A DNA stretch of 53,840 nucleotides from a virus (lineage: Duplodnaviria; Caudoviricetes), in IMG/VR virus record IMGVR_UViG_3300047309_000142, positions 1-53,840 of that record. One strand, given 5' to 3'. The notes below the pieces were generated by a model. That model saw only the letters and a list, made by a program, of their open reading frames with translations, had not been told where the DNA came from and ran no database searches. Position 1 is the stretch's first letter. Every line of letters begins with the position of its first letter. This document shows positions 39,946 through 48,669 of the stretch, in pieces. Position numbers and translations under genes: made by a program.

Positions 39946-40537
39946 ATTTACCGTAGAGTTTGATCCGGAAAATGTGCAGGCAAACATGATGCACATTTTC
40001 AAACAATTTGGTGTGCCTAATACAGTGATAGAAATCGGCGTATATGAAGGTCGCACTACATGTTGGATGGCAGAAGTACTAACACCACACAACAGCGACC
40101 TTCAAATACATGCAATAGATCCACATGATCAAAGCATTGATATTCACGAGAGCATGGAGGCTGCGCATGATACATTCTTACAAAATATACAGCACAGTCC
40201 CTGCAAAAACATAAACTATATTAGAAAGCGTTCAGAAGATGCATTAGTGGATTTAATTACACAGTCTGTATCTGCAGAATTCATATACGTAGATGGAGAT
40301 CATTTTGCCAGTACTGTATTAACTGACCTAGTGTTAGGATACAAACTTTTAAAAGCGGGCGGCGTCATGTTGTGCGACGATGCTACCGAATGGCGCTTCA
40401 CTGACAAAAACAAAGAAACTAATCCACAATACGCACCACGCATGGCTATAGAAAACTTCATTCAATGCTATTGGCACAAAGTTAAACCTATATACTTGCC
40501 CTGTATGACACAAACTGCATTTATAAAATTATGTTAA
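39935..40537 (+). CDS. Class I SAM methyltransferase (Methyltransf_24-like)
   Basis: VIEIGVYEGRT, FIYVDGDH, LLKAGGVMLCDD. Confidence 0.85.
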   Translation: MNYKFTVEFDPENVQANMMHIFKQFGVPNTVIEIGVYEGRTTCWMAEVLTPHNSDLQIHAIDPHDQSIDIHESMEAAHDTFLQNIQHSPCKNINYIRKRSEDALVDLITQSVSAEFIYVDGDHFASTVLTDLVLGYKLLKAGGVMLCDDATEWRFTDKNKETNPQYAPRMAIENFIQCYWHKVKPIYLPCMTQTAFIKLC

Positions 40538-41235
40538 ACTTATTTCGTAGAGACAGTATAGATGTAGAAAGCGCCTACATTATTACCCTATTAGGCAATG
40601 ACAGCAGTGAGCGATTTTCGCAGCGATGTCAGCAAAGTTGTAGCTCGGTTGACATGCCCTATAAGATTTGGGCTGCATATAACGGCATAGAAAATCCTAT
40701 TAAAGAACCAGAGCATAGCAAAAATGCCAGTATCATGAGCATGATCAAAATAACAGATCATTACTTAACTCGTGGCGAGGTAGCATGTGCATTAAGTCAC
40801 ATAAGTCTATGGGCGCATTGTGCAGCTATAGACCAGCCCATAGTAATATTGGAACATGATGCGGTCATGGTTCAGGCATTTAGACAACATCAAAGTTACA
40901 ACAGCATAGTATATTTGGGCGGCAGCGAATGGGCCGAACAGGGTTGGAAGGTCTATCCCATACCACCGCATGCAAGTGAAGGACCCAATTATCATTTTAT
41001 TTGCAGAGCACACGCTTATAGCATTGATCCTGCAATGGCTAAAAATTTGCTGAGTTACGTATTAAAAATGGGCATCAGTGCACCACTGGACATAATGTTA
41101 CGTGCGGATCTGTTTCATATAACGCATCAGGGTTTATATGCTTATGATATCAGCACGGACAAGTCCACGACTACAATTAAAGCACGACCCAGCGAGGGTA
41201 GAACCACACGCAGGAACGACGCGCTGCGCGAATGA
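40531..41235 (+). CDS. Glycosyltransferase family 25
   Basis: GEVACALSHISLW, VILEHDA, AHAYSI.P..AK.LL. Confidence 0.85.
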   Translation: MLNLFRRDSIDVESAYIITLLGNDSSERFSQRCQQSCSSVDMPYKIWAAYNGIENPIKEPEHSKNASIMSMIKITDHYLTRGEVACALSHISLWAHCAAIDQPIVILEHDAVMVQAFRQHQSYNSIVYLGGSEWAEQGWKVYPIPPHASEGPNYHFICRAHAYSIDPAMAKNLLSYVLKMGISAPLDIMLRADLFHITHQGLYAYDISTDKSTTTIKARPSEGRTTRRNDALRE

Positions 41236-41274
41236 TCTTAGCTAAATACACAATAGCTAGGAAATTAGTAAATT

Positions 41275-41772
41275 ATGGCCAATACAAACTTTGCAGTGAA
41301 AAACGGTTTAACCGTAGGTAATGTTACTATCAGTGCATCTACTGGTAATGTTACAACCACTGGTAACTTTGTAGGAACTGCGACCTCTGCACAATACGCT
41401 GACTTGGCAGAAAAGTACACCAGTGATGCTGACTATTCTGCTGGCACCGTTGTGGTATTTGGCGGTACGGAGGAAATTACAGTGAGTTCTATTAGCCATG
41501 ATACCAAAGTAGCAGGCATTATTTCTACTAATCCCGCCTACTTAATGAATGTGCCCTGCAATGGATTACCAGTAGCTCTAACAGGTCGTGTACCATGTCA
41601 AGTACAGGGCCCAGTAGATAAAGGCGACATGGTGGTTAACAGCAATACAGCTGGTGTAGCTTGCAAACTGGATACTGATCAGTATAAGCCAGGATGCGTA
41701 ATTGGTAAAGCATTAGCATCAATCGCCGACAACTCCGTACAAACGATAGAAGTAGTAGTGGGAAGGCTGTAA
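41275..41772 (+). CDS. Short fibre protein with a peptidase-G2/intramolecular chaperone-like domain
   Basis: YADLAEKY...VAGIISTNPAYLMN...VALTGRVPC.V...VIGKAL; TAAATA at 41243. Confidence 0.65.
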   Translation: MANTNFAVKNGLTVGNVTISASTGNVTTTGNFVGTATSAQYADLAEKYTSDADYSAGTVVVFGGTEEITVSSISHDTKVAGIISTNPAYLMNVPCNGLPVALTGRVPCQVQGPVDKGDMVVNSNTAGVACKLDTDQYKPGCVIGKALASIADNSVQTIEVVVGRL

Positions 41773-41778
41773 AATTAT

Positions 41779-41807
41779 TTGATTTTGCAGCACTGCTCTG
41801 CTAAACT
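41779..41807 (+). promoter_or_regulatory. sigma70 promoter with extended -10, likely leaderless primase mRNA
   Basis: TTGATT, 17 nt ending in TGc, TAAACT (41802-41807); ATG 6 nt later with no SD. Confidence 0.6.
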
Positions 41808-41813
41808 TACTGC

Positions 41814-42851
41814 ATGCAGAACCTTGTTCAACAAACTATTTTGATGCATTTGCCTGGCAAACGTAAACATACGGCCAGTGGTTGGACATCATTCAACGCT
41901 GTATGCTGTACTCATAACGGTGAAACCGTAGATAAACATGGTCGTGGTGGCATCATGGCAACCAGCGAAGGCGGCGTAAACTATCACTGTTTTAATTGCC
42001 AATTTAAAGCTAGTTGGCGTCCTGGCATACCATTATCTCGCAAATTTAAAAATTTATTGTCTTGGCTAGGTATCAGCAGTCAGGATATAGACAAACTGCG
42101 ACTAGAAACACTTAAGCTAAACCAGGATAACAAAACCAGTCATACTAAAATCACAGCTATCCCGCAGTTTGAAACAGTAGAATGGCCGCCTGAAACTAGA
42201 ACACTGGAAGAACTTTCCATGTGGTATCGCATGTTACCGGAAGAATTGCTCACTAAGCAAATCGTGGATGTGGTGGATTATATAGTCAAACGTAAGATTG
42301 ATATTAAGAAATATACTTTTGCTTTAAGTGAAAGTACCGAAGTAAATTTAAACAGACGAGTAATCATACCGTTCCGGTATCAAGATCGCATGGTGGGCTG
42401 GACTGCACGTATTATAGATGATAAACATAAGCTAAAATATTACAGCAGTCAGCCGCCCGGATATGTTTTTAATTTGGATAAACAGAAACAGGATAACAAG
42501 TTTGTTGTGGTCTGCGAAGGACCATTTGATGCCATGAGTATTGATGGTGTGGCTACATTAAGCAATACCATAAGTGAACAACAGGCTAGACAAATTAAGA
42601 TGCTACAGCGCCAAGTTATTGTAGTGCCAGACCACGATAGTAGTGGACTCATGCAAATAGAAGCAGCACTAGCCAATAATTGGAGTGTAAGCTTTCCAGA
42701 CTGGTGGGAAACTTGTAAAGATGTGAATGATTCTGTTGTTAGATACGGCAGATTGTTTACTATCAAAAACATTTTAGATAGAACGGTTACTAGTCCAGTC
42801 AAAATAGAACTAATGAAGAAAAAACATTTTAAAAATGCCAAGGATAATTAA
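41814..42851 (+). CDS. DNA primase (T4 gp61/DnaG-like)
   Basis: Zn ribbon CC..H...YHCFNC; TOPRIM VCEGPFDAM, PDHD, KDVND. Confidence 0.9.
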   Translation: MQNLVQQTILMHLPGKRKHTASGWTSFNAVCCTHNGETVDKHGRGGIMATSEGGVNYHCFNCQFKASWRPGIPLSRKFKNLLSWLGISSQDIDKLRLETLKLNQDNKTSHTKITAIPQFETVEWPPETRTLEELSMWYRMLPEELLTKQIVDVVDYIVKRKIDIKKYTFALSESTEVNLNRRVIIPFRYQDRMVGWTARIIDDKHKLKYYSSQPPGYVFNLDKQKQDNKFVVVCEGPFDAMSIDGVATLSNTISEQQARQIKMLQRQVIVVPDHDSSGLMQIEAALANNWSVSFPDWWETCKDVNDSVVRYGRLFTIKNILDRTVTSPVKIELMKKKHFKNAKDN

Positions 42852-42854
42852 TGT

Positions 42855-44249
42855 ATGACCAGTGATTTTAATGCGGATGTTCAAAAACTGTTTTTGGAAA
42901 TCATGCTCACAGATGCAGAATCCTATGTTCGTGTTCAAAACATCTACAATTCAGAAAATTTTGACAAAACGCTAAAAGCCGCAGCCAAGTTCATAAAAGA
43001 ATACAGTGATGAACACAAAGCCATGCCGGATCTGCGACAGATACATGCAGTAAGCAGAGTGCAATTGGAAATGGTTCCGGACCTAAATGATAGCCATACG
43101 GACTGGTTCTTAAAAGAGTTTGAATCTTTTACCCGTAGACGTGAACTTGAACGCGCAATTTTACAAAGTGCAGATCTCTTAGAAAAGGGCGACTATGATC
43201 CAGTAGAAAAGCTAATCAAAGATGCGGTGCATATCAGCTTAACCAAGGACATGGGCACCGACTATTTTGCAGATCCGCGTTCACGTTTGATGGCACTAAA
43301 AGATAACAACGGGCAAGTAAGCACAGGCTGGGTGGCACTGGATCGCAAATTGTTTGGCGGCATGAATCGCGGTGAACTAAACATTTTTGCTGGCGGATCT
43401 GGTTCAGGCAAGAGTCTTTTCATGCAAAACTTAGCCATAAACTGGGTTACGCAGGGTCTAAGCGGCGCATATATTACACTGGAGTTGAGTGAAGGACTAA
43501 GTGCAATGCGACTGGACAGTATGCTAACCAATATGCCCAGCAAGGAAATCTTCCGCAATATTGATGATGTAGAAATGAAGGTTCGTATTATGGGCAAGAA
43601 GTCTGGAGTGCTGCGAATCAAATATATGCCGGCCCAAAGTAACGTAAACCACATTCGTGCATATTTAAAAGAACTACAGATCCAAACAGGGGTAAAAGTT
43701 GACTTTGTGCTGGTGGATTATTTGGATTTGATTATGCCAGTTAGTGCCAAAGTTAGCCCCAACGACTTGTTTGTCAAAGACAAATATGTCAGTGAAGAAT
43801 TACGCAACTTAGCCAAAGAATTAAACGTATTGTTTGTTACAGCTTCACAGTTGAATAGAAGCGCAGTGGAAGAAATTGAATTTGATCACAGTCACATTGC
43901 CGGTGGACTTAGTAAGATCAATACAGCGGATAACGTATTTGGTATCTTTACCAGCAGAGCAATGCGTGAGCGCGGCCGTTATCAATTACAGCTAATGAAA
44001 ACTCGTAGCAGTAGCGGTGTTGGGCAAAAGATTGACTTGGAGTTCGATCTAAATAGCCTTAGAATACGAGATGTTGAGGGCGGCGAGGAATCGGCACAGT
44101 CAGAAGCGCCTAGCAGTGCAATTATGAGTCAAATTAAAGCACGATCACAGGTATCTGCTAGCAATTCTGACGCTGAACCAGAAGCCACGGCTAGCATACA
44201 GACCAACAAGATCAAAGACATGTTAAAGAATCTACGTACAGTAAAATGA
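42855..44249 (+). CDS. Replicative DnaB-like helicase (T4 gp41-like)
   Basis: GGSGSGKS, TLELSE, VDYLDL, TASQLNR, KTR motifs. Confidence 0.92.
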   Translation: MTSDFNADVQKLFLEIMLTDAESYVRVQNIYNSENFDKTLKAAAKFIKEYSDEHKAMPDLRQIHAVSRVQLEMVPDLNDSHTDWFLKEFESFTRRRELERAILQSADLLEKGDYDPVEKLIKDAVHISLTKDMGTDYFADPRSRLMALKDNNGQVSTGWVALDRKLFGGMNRGELNIFAGGSGSGKSLFMQNLAINWVTQGLSGAYITLELSEGLSAMRLDSMLTNMPSKEIFRNIDDVEMKVRIMGKKSGVLRIKYMPAQSNVNHIRAYLKELQIQTGVKVDFVLVDYLDLIMPVSAKVSPNDLFVKDKYVSEELRNLAKELNVLFVTASQLNRSAVEEIEFDHSHIAGGLSKINTADNVFGIFTSRAMRERGRYQLQLMKTRSSSGVGQKIDLEFDLNSLRIRDVEGGEESAQSEAPSSAIMSQIKARSQVSASNSDAEPEATASIQTNKIKDMLKNLRTVK

Positions 44250-44296
44250 TTCTCCAACAGTGCATTTTTGGCTAAATACTGTACTGGAGAACGATT

Positions 44297-44551
44297 TTGC
44301 AAAAACGTACCAAAAGTATTTTGGCCGAGTTAGACTCACATTTTGCGTCACGTGATACACATAATTTTGTGGAATCGCGGGCCAACAATATTATTCAGGG
44401 TGCCATAAATCTCATACAATATATACATGAGAATTTTGATCAACCAGCTGCGGAAGATTTAGAACGGCGCATTCTAAACAGTATACGTGCTAGAGATCCG
44501 CGTAAGTTCAGCAAAGCAGTACAGCGACTAAAAGAATCAAAAAAACAATGA
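44297..44551 (+). CDS. Late hypothetical protein (TTG start)
   Basis: TAAATA at 44273, GGAG RBS. Confidence 0.7.
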   Translation: MQKRTKSILAELDSHFASRDTHNFVESRANNIIQGAINLIQYIHENFDQPAAEDLERRILNSIRARDPRKFSKAVQRLKESKKQ

Positions 44552-45120
44552 TGCAGTTTATACAGGATCTACATGAAGCTAGGCTGTTTAGATATCAGGA
44601 CAGCTTTGACGGCAAACGCATAAGTGATATGAGTACTGCGCTATATCTCATGTTACTAATGATAGAAGTTCTACGTAGATACGACGACAAATACGCGGTG
44701 CATTATTGCCAACAAACCTATACGTTGGGTGATTTTGACGGAATTCGCAGCTATGCTACCGACACCCATAACCTCATTGCAGTATTAAACAACGAACGAT
44801 ATCAGAAGAAAATGCTGCAGGATAAGCGTATATTCGTGCCGGAATTCGCATTACGACGCTATTTTAGGGATGTAATGTGGGGATCACGGGAGTATTTTTT
44901 CAATAGAAGTTTTTTCATACAGTTAAGCACAGACCTAGCAGTAAGCGACAGCGGTGTAAAAACTGCAAGACGCAACATTATTGACTATAGCGACGTAACT
45001 CAACAAGTATATTGGGATACGGCAGAGCGTATAAATCGCAAACTTAACGATTTGGCCTTTAATACCGACATTCAGTGGTACTATAAAACTGAGGTCAGAC
45101 AGCATATTCCACACAGTTAG
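44548..45120 (+). CDS. Hypothetical, possibly a head-internal protein
   Basis: 190-aa ORF beginning MQFIQDLHE. Confidence 0.7.
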   Translation: MMQFIQDLHEARLFRYQDSFDGKRISDMSTALYLMLLMIEVLRRYDDKYAVHYCQQTYTLGDFDGIRSYATDTHNLIAVLNNERYQKKMLQDKRIFVPEFALRRYFRDVMWGSREYFFNRSFFIQLSTDLAVSDSGVKTARRNIIDYSDVTQQVYWDTAERINRKLNDLAFNTDIQWYYKTEVRQHIPHS

Positions 45121-45197
45121 AAGCTGTTTTTGATTGCCAGACATAAATAAAATTAAGAGCAATCTACGGATTAGCTCACAATTTAAGGAGAAATATT

Positions 45198-45695
45198 ATG
45201 GCAATCGGAGTCGTTAAACAAAATGGTAACAGTCTAGGCGTAGTTGCAGTTGATGAAAGTGCATTGGCCAATAGCTTTGGCACACGTGGTGGCGCACAAA
45301 CCGCCAGTGTTCAGCATTTTACAATTAGCCGCAACCCAACTTTCGTTAATATCGCAGTTAAAAACGGTAGCAGCGAAGCAATCGATCTAACAAATGAATT
45401 TGACACCAACACAACTTCTGGTCTTCCAGAGTCTGTTGAAGCAATTCTGAAGGTTGTTGCTGACAATGCAAGCATCCTGGGTTATGCTGTTAGCTACACT
45501 GGCAGCTACAACAACCTAAGCGTTATGGTTGAAGGTCCACACACCCAAAGCACCTATGGTGCAAGTGCTAACCTAAGCTATGCAGCTGACCTACAAGCTC
45601 GTATTCAAGCTTTAGGCACTGCCGTCGGCGCAAACAGCATTGACGTCAGCGGTTCAACCGTTACCAACATTGGTTTCAAATTGGCAACGTCCTAA
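45198..45695 (+). CDS. Abundant virion structural protein (putative)
   Basis: TAAATA at 45144, strong TAAGGAG RBS, own terminator, Ala/Ser/Gly/Asn-rich. Confidence 0.65.
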   Translation: MAIGVVKQNGNSLGVVAVDESALANSFGTRGGAQTASVQHFTISRNPTFVNIAVKNGSSEAIDLTNEFDTNTTSGLPESVEAILKVVADNASILGYAVSYTGSYNNLSVMVEGPHTQSTYGASANLSYAADLQARIQALGTAVGANSIDVSGSTVTNIGFKLATS

Positions 45696-45712
45696 GCTTT
45701 AATTAGCTAAAT

Positions 45713-45739
45713 AAAAGGCAGCATTCGTGCTGCCTTTTT
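45713..45739 (+). terminator. Rho-independent terminator (UUCG loop, potentially bidirectional)
   Basis: AAAAGGCAGCA-TTCG-TGCTGCCTTTTT. Confidence 0.9.
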
Positions 45740-45746
45740 CAGCCTT

Positions 45747-46193
45747 ATGCATCTCAAAAGTCTTTGGCGCGATAACCGAATAATAGAAGTACCCATAGCC
45801 AAGTTGAGTCCAACAACGGTACACGCCAACGACCGACACCGAACAAAAACCACACCAACTATAACAACACAAGGTCTATACTATCCAATTTGTTGTGTGA
45901 GATTTACTGCAATGGAATGGGTGCGACGTGTTGTGTATGGCACAAACAAAGAATCGTCATCAAGGCTATATCCACCAGTGATAAATGAAGACAATTTTAT
46001 CTGGGCCATTAAAATGGGCTGTAATCGCTGGCATAGTGCGAGAGAACTGGGCTATACCAGTATAGATTGCATATTTTTCAACCACACAGATGGTGCAGTA
46101 AAACTGGCACGTTGGTATGAACAGTGTGATCCATTACACACGCAGGGCACTGACAAGTTTCGTCCGTATGCAGATACTTTTAGCTATATATAG
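45747..46193 (+). CDS. ParB/sulfiredoxin-like domain protein
   Basis: I...GLYYPI.....IKMGCNRWHSARELGYTSIDC resembles the ParB-N GxxR motif. Confidence 0.55.
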   Translation: MHLKSLWRDNRIIEVPIAKLSPTTVHANDRHRTKTTPTITTQGLYYPICCVRFTAMEWVRRVVYGTNKESSSRLYPPVINEDNFIWAIKMGCNRWHSARELGYTSIDCIFFNHTDGAVKLARWYEQCDPLHTQGTDKFRPYADTFSYI

Positions 46194-46214
46194 ATATACT
46201 GAAAGAACTGCAGG

Positions 46215-46685
46215 GTGTCACAAAATATTATTGCTTGTTTTACGTTAATAGATATCAGTCAAACTAATACCATACGACCATTTAAACACACAGTTTCTTC
46301 CTGTGTTGATGCCCTGGGCCAACCTATAAACAACACAGCCAGCTGGACTATTAGTAGGAATAAACAACGTAACTGGGAAACACTATTACAGACCATTAGT
46401 TTACGAACACAGATAGACAATATACAGATACTGCCAGCTAATAAATGCGATATTGCCCAATATAAGTTTGGCAAAGGCTATACTGGATTACAAACGGTTT
46501 GGGCATTTAGATTTAGCGTAGAGTATGCAGAAGTATTTGATAAAAATGGTTTGAGATTGGCTGCATTAACAGCAGATGTAAATAACGTACCCTGCATATT
46601 AGATCTCACAGAAACAGTAAAGATTCCCCAAGCCATGTTTATGACGCAGGGCAAATATTTAAACACATACTTTGAATTTGTCTGA
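46215..46685 (+). CDS. Hypothetical protein
   Basis: 156-aa ORF with a GTG start. Confidence 0.7.
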   Translation: MSQNIIACFTLIDISQTNTIRPFKHTVSSCVDALGQPINNTASWTISRNKQRNWETLLQTISLRTQIDNIQILPANKCDIAQYKFGKGYTGLQTVWAFRFSVEYAEVFDKNGLRLAALTADVNNVPCILDLTETVKIPQAMFMTQGKYLNTYFEFV

Positions 46686-46701
46686 AAACATAAATACTAA
46701 A

Positions 46702-46750
46702 CATTGGCTCACACATTGGCTCTTTAGGCTCATTTTGGCACATTAGGCTC
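46702..46750 (+). repeat. Five short direct repeats, core T(T/A)GGC(T/A)C
   Basis: CATTGGCTC, CATTGGCTC, TTTAGGCTC, TTTTGGCAC, ATTAGGCTC between TAAATA (46691) and the next ATG. Confidence 0.85.
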
Positions 46751-46768
46751 AGCAGTACTTTCACTGGG

Positions 46769-47095
46769 ATGGACTTTATGTCTACGGAAATAGAGCGTAA
46801 AAGCCTCGAAGCACACGTTGAATTGTGTGCGGAAAGGTACAAACAGATGCACGACAAATTAGACTCGCTAGAACAAAGAACTAGCACCATAGAGACTATT
46901 CTCAATGACATCAAGTCCAAAGTATTCAGCGCGGAAAACAAAAACACTGAACGCTTGCTGAAGTGGAGCACTGCCATTATTGCCTTTTTAATCACATTAA
47001 TTATTGGCTTTGGTGGCCATTATGTAAATAGACTGGAACGCAGTTTAGAACATATAGACATTAAATCCGATCAAACTCATGACGCTAAAAAGTGA
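46769..47095 (+). CDS. Coiled-coil plus single-TM protein (holin/XhlA-like architecture)
   Basis: Coiled coil ...LDSLEQRTSTIETIL, then TM WSTAIIAFLITLIIGFGG. Start may be 46778. Confidence 0.55.
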   Translation: MDFMSTEIERKSLEAHVELCAERYKQMHDKLDSLEQRTSTIETILNDIKSKVFSAENKNTERLLKWSTAIIAFLITLIIGFGGHYVNRLERSLEHIDIKSDQTHDAKK

Positions 47096-47570
47096 AATTG
47101 CAGCCAGTGTAGATAAGGTAACACGATTTGCACTTGACGAATTGAATCGTTGGCAAAGCAGTCAATCAGAACTTTTGAGTTTCAATGCGGCTAATGGTAA
47201 GGCCTTATATATTAAAGATTGGCAAATAAAAACTCATTCACCAGATACAGTAACCTGTATAAAACGACAACTAGACCCAATAATTTTCCACAGCAAAACT
47301 TGTGCAATTATATACGTAGTTAATGATCTACGTGGTCACATTATGAACACTATAAAAATACAGGAATTAGACGAACAAATCTACAGGTTCAGAATAAAGT
47401 TAGATATTTTACGCATGAAAATGCACCGACAGCGTAAAAATGGGTACACTGACAAGTTTATGATGCTACAGGATCGTTACAGTGATACAGCGGTCAAGCT
47501 CAACAATACTATTGCTAAAATCAAAAAATATTGTAACTTAACTAAATATAATAAAGGAATTTTGTTATGA
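47079..47570 (+). CDS. Hypothetical protein
   Basis: 163-aa ORF. Confidence 0.65.
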   Translation: MTLKSEIAASVDKVTRFALDELNRWQSSQSELLSFNAANGKALYIKDWQIKTHSPDTVTCIKRQLDPIIFHSKTCAIIYVVNDLRGHIMNTIKIQELDEQIYRFRIKLDILRMKMHRQRKNGYTDKFMMLQDRYSDTAVKLNNTIAKIKKYCNLTKYNKGILL

Positions 47571-48256
47571 AATTAGCGGACTTAAAATCATATAGTACTG
47601 GCCACTTAAATCGTAGGCTACAACAAAAATACGGATTTGGTATCAAAACTACCAATCTCAGCGAAAGCCGTGCACGTCAGCTTTTAACCAAAGTTGAAGA
47701 AAGCATCGTAGCTTATAAAAAATCACATGGTCATCTAAATAGTGAAAAGAACAGTCACTATACAGAACTATTGTTGATGCGTGACGGTTTAACCAATTGG
47801 TTACGTGAGAACGGCGTCAAAGTTGGACGTGTTTTGCGCGAGGGCGAATTAGAACAAGCTCAGACCAAATTAGCTGCTAAGGATCTAGTTGATCGTATAC
47901 AGAAAATGGTAGAGGAAGTCAGCAGTATGCTGAACGAAGATTTACCACCGCTAACTGACAGTATGCGCGACCAGTTGGGCGGAGATCAAGCTGCTACGTT
48001 TAACAGCACGGTAAACCAAACACTATCTACTTTATTGGATGCCGCTAAACAAACACGTCAAGCAATTGATGATGCTGCACGTATGGCAGCAGGCGAGCAA
48101 GCTGCTCCTATGGCAATGCCTGGTGGCGCAGCTGGTGCTGAAATGCCTGCCGCTCCTGGTGCAGACTTGGGTGCAGAAGAACCTGCAGGTGATGAACAAG
48201 CCGCCGCAGATGCAGCCGCAGGCGGCGCCGCAGAGCTAGGTCGCGAAGCACGTTAA
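47567..48256 (+). CDS. Putative prohead core/scaffold-like protein
   Basis: TAAATA at 47543; helical, with L-x-E sites and an acidic Ala/Pro tail ending LGREAR. Confidence 0.55.
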   Translation: MKLADLKSYSTGHLNRRLQQKYGFGIKTTNLSESRARQLLTKVEESIVAYKKSHGHLNSEKNSHYTELLLMRDGLTNWLRENGVKVGRVLREGELEQAQTKLAAKDLVDRIQKMVEEVSSMLNEDLPPLTDSMRDQLGGDQAATFNSTVNQTLSTLLDAAKQTRQAIDDAARMAAGEQAAPMAMPGGAAGAEMPAAPGADLGAEEPAGDEQAAADAAAGGAAELGREAR

Positions 48257-48257
48257 T

Positions 48258-48638
48258 ATGCGATTTAGAGAGTTCGCAGTCCCACTGTTTGAAGACGACG
48301 CTTCAGATGTTGCAGCGGGACTGGCCAACTTTATTCAACATAGGTGGAATGACTTTGCAGAAAAAGGTAGTATGCCCACAAGTCAGTTTATACACATGGT
48401 ACAAAACTGGGATATACCTATTACCTTTGACGTATTGCAAACCATGCGCGATGATCCAGAAAGCCCACTTAATAAACTTATAGCAAACTTGACAAAAGAT
48501 ACCATAACTTTTGGTGCAAAAGGCGATGAAACCGAATCAGCACCAGAGGATACTGCTCAGGCACCAGCTGGCGATGCGGTTGCCCCGGAAATCAAAGTTG
48601 CTCAAATGGCTAATAGGGCCTTGAATAATAGACAATAA
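48258..48638 (+). CDS. Putative head-internal protein
   Basis: N-terminus MRFREFAVPLFE. Confidence 0.6.
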   Translation: MRFREFAVPLFEDDASDVAAGLANFIQHRWNDFAEKGSMPTSQFIHMVQNWDIPITFDVLQTMRDDPESPLNKLIANLTKDTITFGAKGDETESAPEDTAQAPAGDAVAPEIKVAQMANRALNNRQ

Positions 48639-48649
48639 TCCTATATAAT
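48621..48649 (+). promoter_or_regulatory. sigma70-type promoter
   Basis: TTGAAT (48621-48626), 17 nt, TATAAT (48644-48649). Confidence 0.65.
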
Positions 48650-48669
48650 AACTTTTTAAGGTTATTATT

